Below, piece by piece: positions 62,773 through 64,000 of a stretch of DNA of 64,000 bases. The notes below the pieces were generated by a model. That model was not told where the DNA came from and made no database searches. It was given only the letters and a program-made list of their open reading frames with translations. The translations under genes were made by a program, and so were the position numbers. Every line of letters starts with the position of its first letter. Positions within the stretch are counted from its first letter, which is position 1. Source of the stretch: Leptolyngbyaceae cyanobacterium (lineage in GTDB: Bacteria; Cyanobacteriota; Cyanobacteriia; Phormidesmidales; Phormidesmidaceae); the NCBI GenBank assembly GCA_965263355.1, contig CBDHHL010000056.1:704001-768000 (forward strand), given 5' to 3'.

Positions 62773-63261
62773 CTAAGTATTTTCTTGAGCTAAAACGAGT
62801 GCCTGTTGATAGAGTTGATTGCTAATCCTGGTGCCATTGGCAATCAGAGCATCCAAAGCGTCTTTCACACTCTCTAATAACCCTCGTTGCTTTGCCAACA
62901 CAAGAATACCAACTGTACCTATTACAGGCAATTTACAGGCCAGTGCAAATCGTCGGGCAGCCCGTTCATCGATGAGCAGTTGATCAGCATTAAGTTGTTC
63001 TGCCAGAATCATGGCAGCCGACTCTCCTAGATGTAAACCAGTTTTGCTCTGTAATGTTTTGATTTGTTGGGCATCGTCTACTGGATATACCTCTAGCCAG
63101 TCTAAAAAGGGTACGACATTGACGGCTGGGTGGTTACCGGTCGTCAGTTCGTCGTAAACCTCTTGTGGAATTATTACTTGGCCGTATAGTTCAACGAGTA
63201 TATTCAGCTGTCCTACTTTGGCGAGTTCGCTTATGGGGGTGGTGTCTGAAACAACTATCAT
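62773..63261 (-). CDS. DUF3368 PIN-like protein
   Basis: VVSDTTPI..L, LHLGE..A..LA, LLIDE..AR, GTVGIL..AK motifs. Confidence 0.88.
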   Translation of the reverse strand: MIVVSDTTPISELAKVGQLNILVELYGQVIIPQEVYDELTTGNHPAVNVVPFLDWLEVYPVDDAQQIKTLQSKTGLHLGESAAMILAEQLNADQLLIDERAARRFALACKLPVIGTVGILVLAKQRGLLESVKDALDALIANGTRISNQLYQQALVLAQENT

Positions 63262-63767
63262 GCAGCAGGGTGCTCAGGTTTTGACTGATTCAGAGCCTCA
63301 TTTGCTTGGTTGACCTGTTGTTCTAGTTCTGTTGGGCTGAGGGTGTCGTCAAAGACAGAAATATCCCATTTACCCATGTGTTCTAGCATATCTAGCCTTG
63401 ACATATCTAACAGGCTGGCGGCTTTGCCACTGCTGATTTCACCCTCTGCTAGAAGAGTCATGACGTAGGCTTCTTTGGCTTTTGTTAAGGCTTTTGCCTG
63501 GGCAGATTCGGGAATGTTGGTTATTGCCTGACCAATGGCTTTATCCATTTCCTGGGGTGTTTTGGCAGATCCTTCGTGGTGGAGGCATCCGGCGACATCG
63601 GCCAGGGTGGTCTGGGGAAATGGCGGGCAAATGGGTGTTTCTGATGTGGCTACTGTAGTCACTGGACGTCGTCGTTCGAGCAGGAAGCTCATAAAGTCGA
63701 GGACTTGCTGCTGGAGGGTTTTGGGGAGTTTACGCCAGGTTTTGAGCAGGTGTTGTTCGGTGATCAT
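63258..63767 (-). CDS. DUF2281-like / UPF0175 fusion antitoxin
   Basis: N-terminal LP..LQQQVLDFM.FL; C-terminal GEISSGKAASLL.MSR. Confidence 0.7.
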   Translation of the reverse strand: MITEQHLLKTWRKLPKTLQQQVLDFMSFLLERRRPVTTVATSETPICPPFPQTTLADVAGCLHHEGSAKTPQEMDKAIGQAITNIPESAQAKALTKAKEAYVMTLLAEGEISSGKAASLLDMSRLDMLEHMGKWDISVFDDTLSPTELEQQVNQANEALNQSKPEHPAA

Positions 63768-63808
63768 GGGTTTGGCCCATTGGTTAGGGTTTTATTATAG
63801 CGGTGGTT

Positions 63809-64000
63809 TTATAGGTCGCCTCGGAAGGCACGTTGGAGGAGAGAGTTGAATAGGTTATTTGCTTCGGATTCAGATCTTTCTTGCTTTACTTTGCTTGCAG
63901 CAATCTGTTCAGTTAGTCTTCTAAAATTTTCTTGAAAATCTAAGGGTGGCAATGGCAGTGGCATCTTACGTAGATCTTTAACATTAAGATGTTTAGATGT
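63809..64000 (-). CDS. hsdS: C-terminus of a second type I specificity subunit (runs off window)
   Basis: ...HLNVKDLRKMPLPLPPLDFQ...LFNSLLQRAFRGDL*; absent from the ORF track because it has no start in the window. Confidence 0.85.
   Translation of the reverse strand, partial: TSKHLNVKDLRKMPLPLPPLDFQENFRRLTEQIAASKVKQERSESEANNLFNSLLQRAFRGDL

Noticed and set aside
47982..64000. Prophage or integrative element at tRNA-Ser
   Set aside because: No integrase, phage structural gene or tRNA 3' repeat visible in the window.

Overview
Cyanobacterial chromosome segment: HIP1 GCGATCGC octamers recur throughout, and sigD, nblA-like, CBS-CP12, Uma2 and cyanobacterial-type leuS/nadA genes are present. It has three zones. 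(1) About 1.4-12.2 kb is an integron-type cassette array with no integrase in the window. It carries attC sites, toxin-antitoxin (TA), Uma2 and ORF-less cassettes, the 3' remnant of a group IIC-attC intron, an inserted redox/LysR operon, and an IS110-family element sitting inside an attC site. The non-coding ends of this IS110 appear to encode a bridge-type RNA with one donor-matching loop and two, possibly three, homologous target loops, each spelling a different attC subtype. This is the most novel signal in the window. (2) About 12.9-48 kb is mostly housekeeping and accessory genes, ending at tRNA-Ser(TGA). (3) About 48.1-64 kb is a decayed defence island with two broken type I R-M operons interleaved with TA, Uma2, HNH and macro-domain genes. 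Several exact short tandem duplications and single-base frameshifts suggest consensus or assembly errors, so pseudogene calls are provisional. All RNA structures were paired by eye, not computed.
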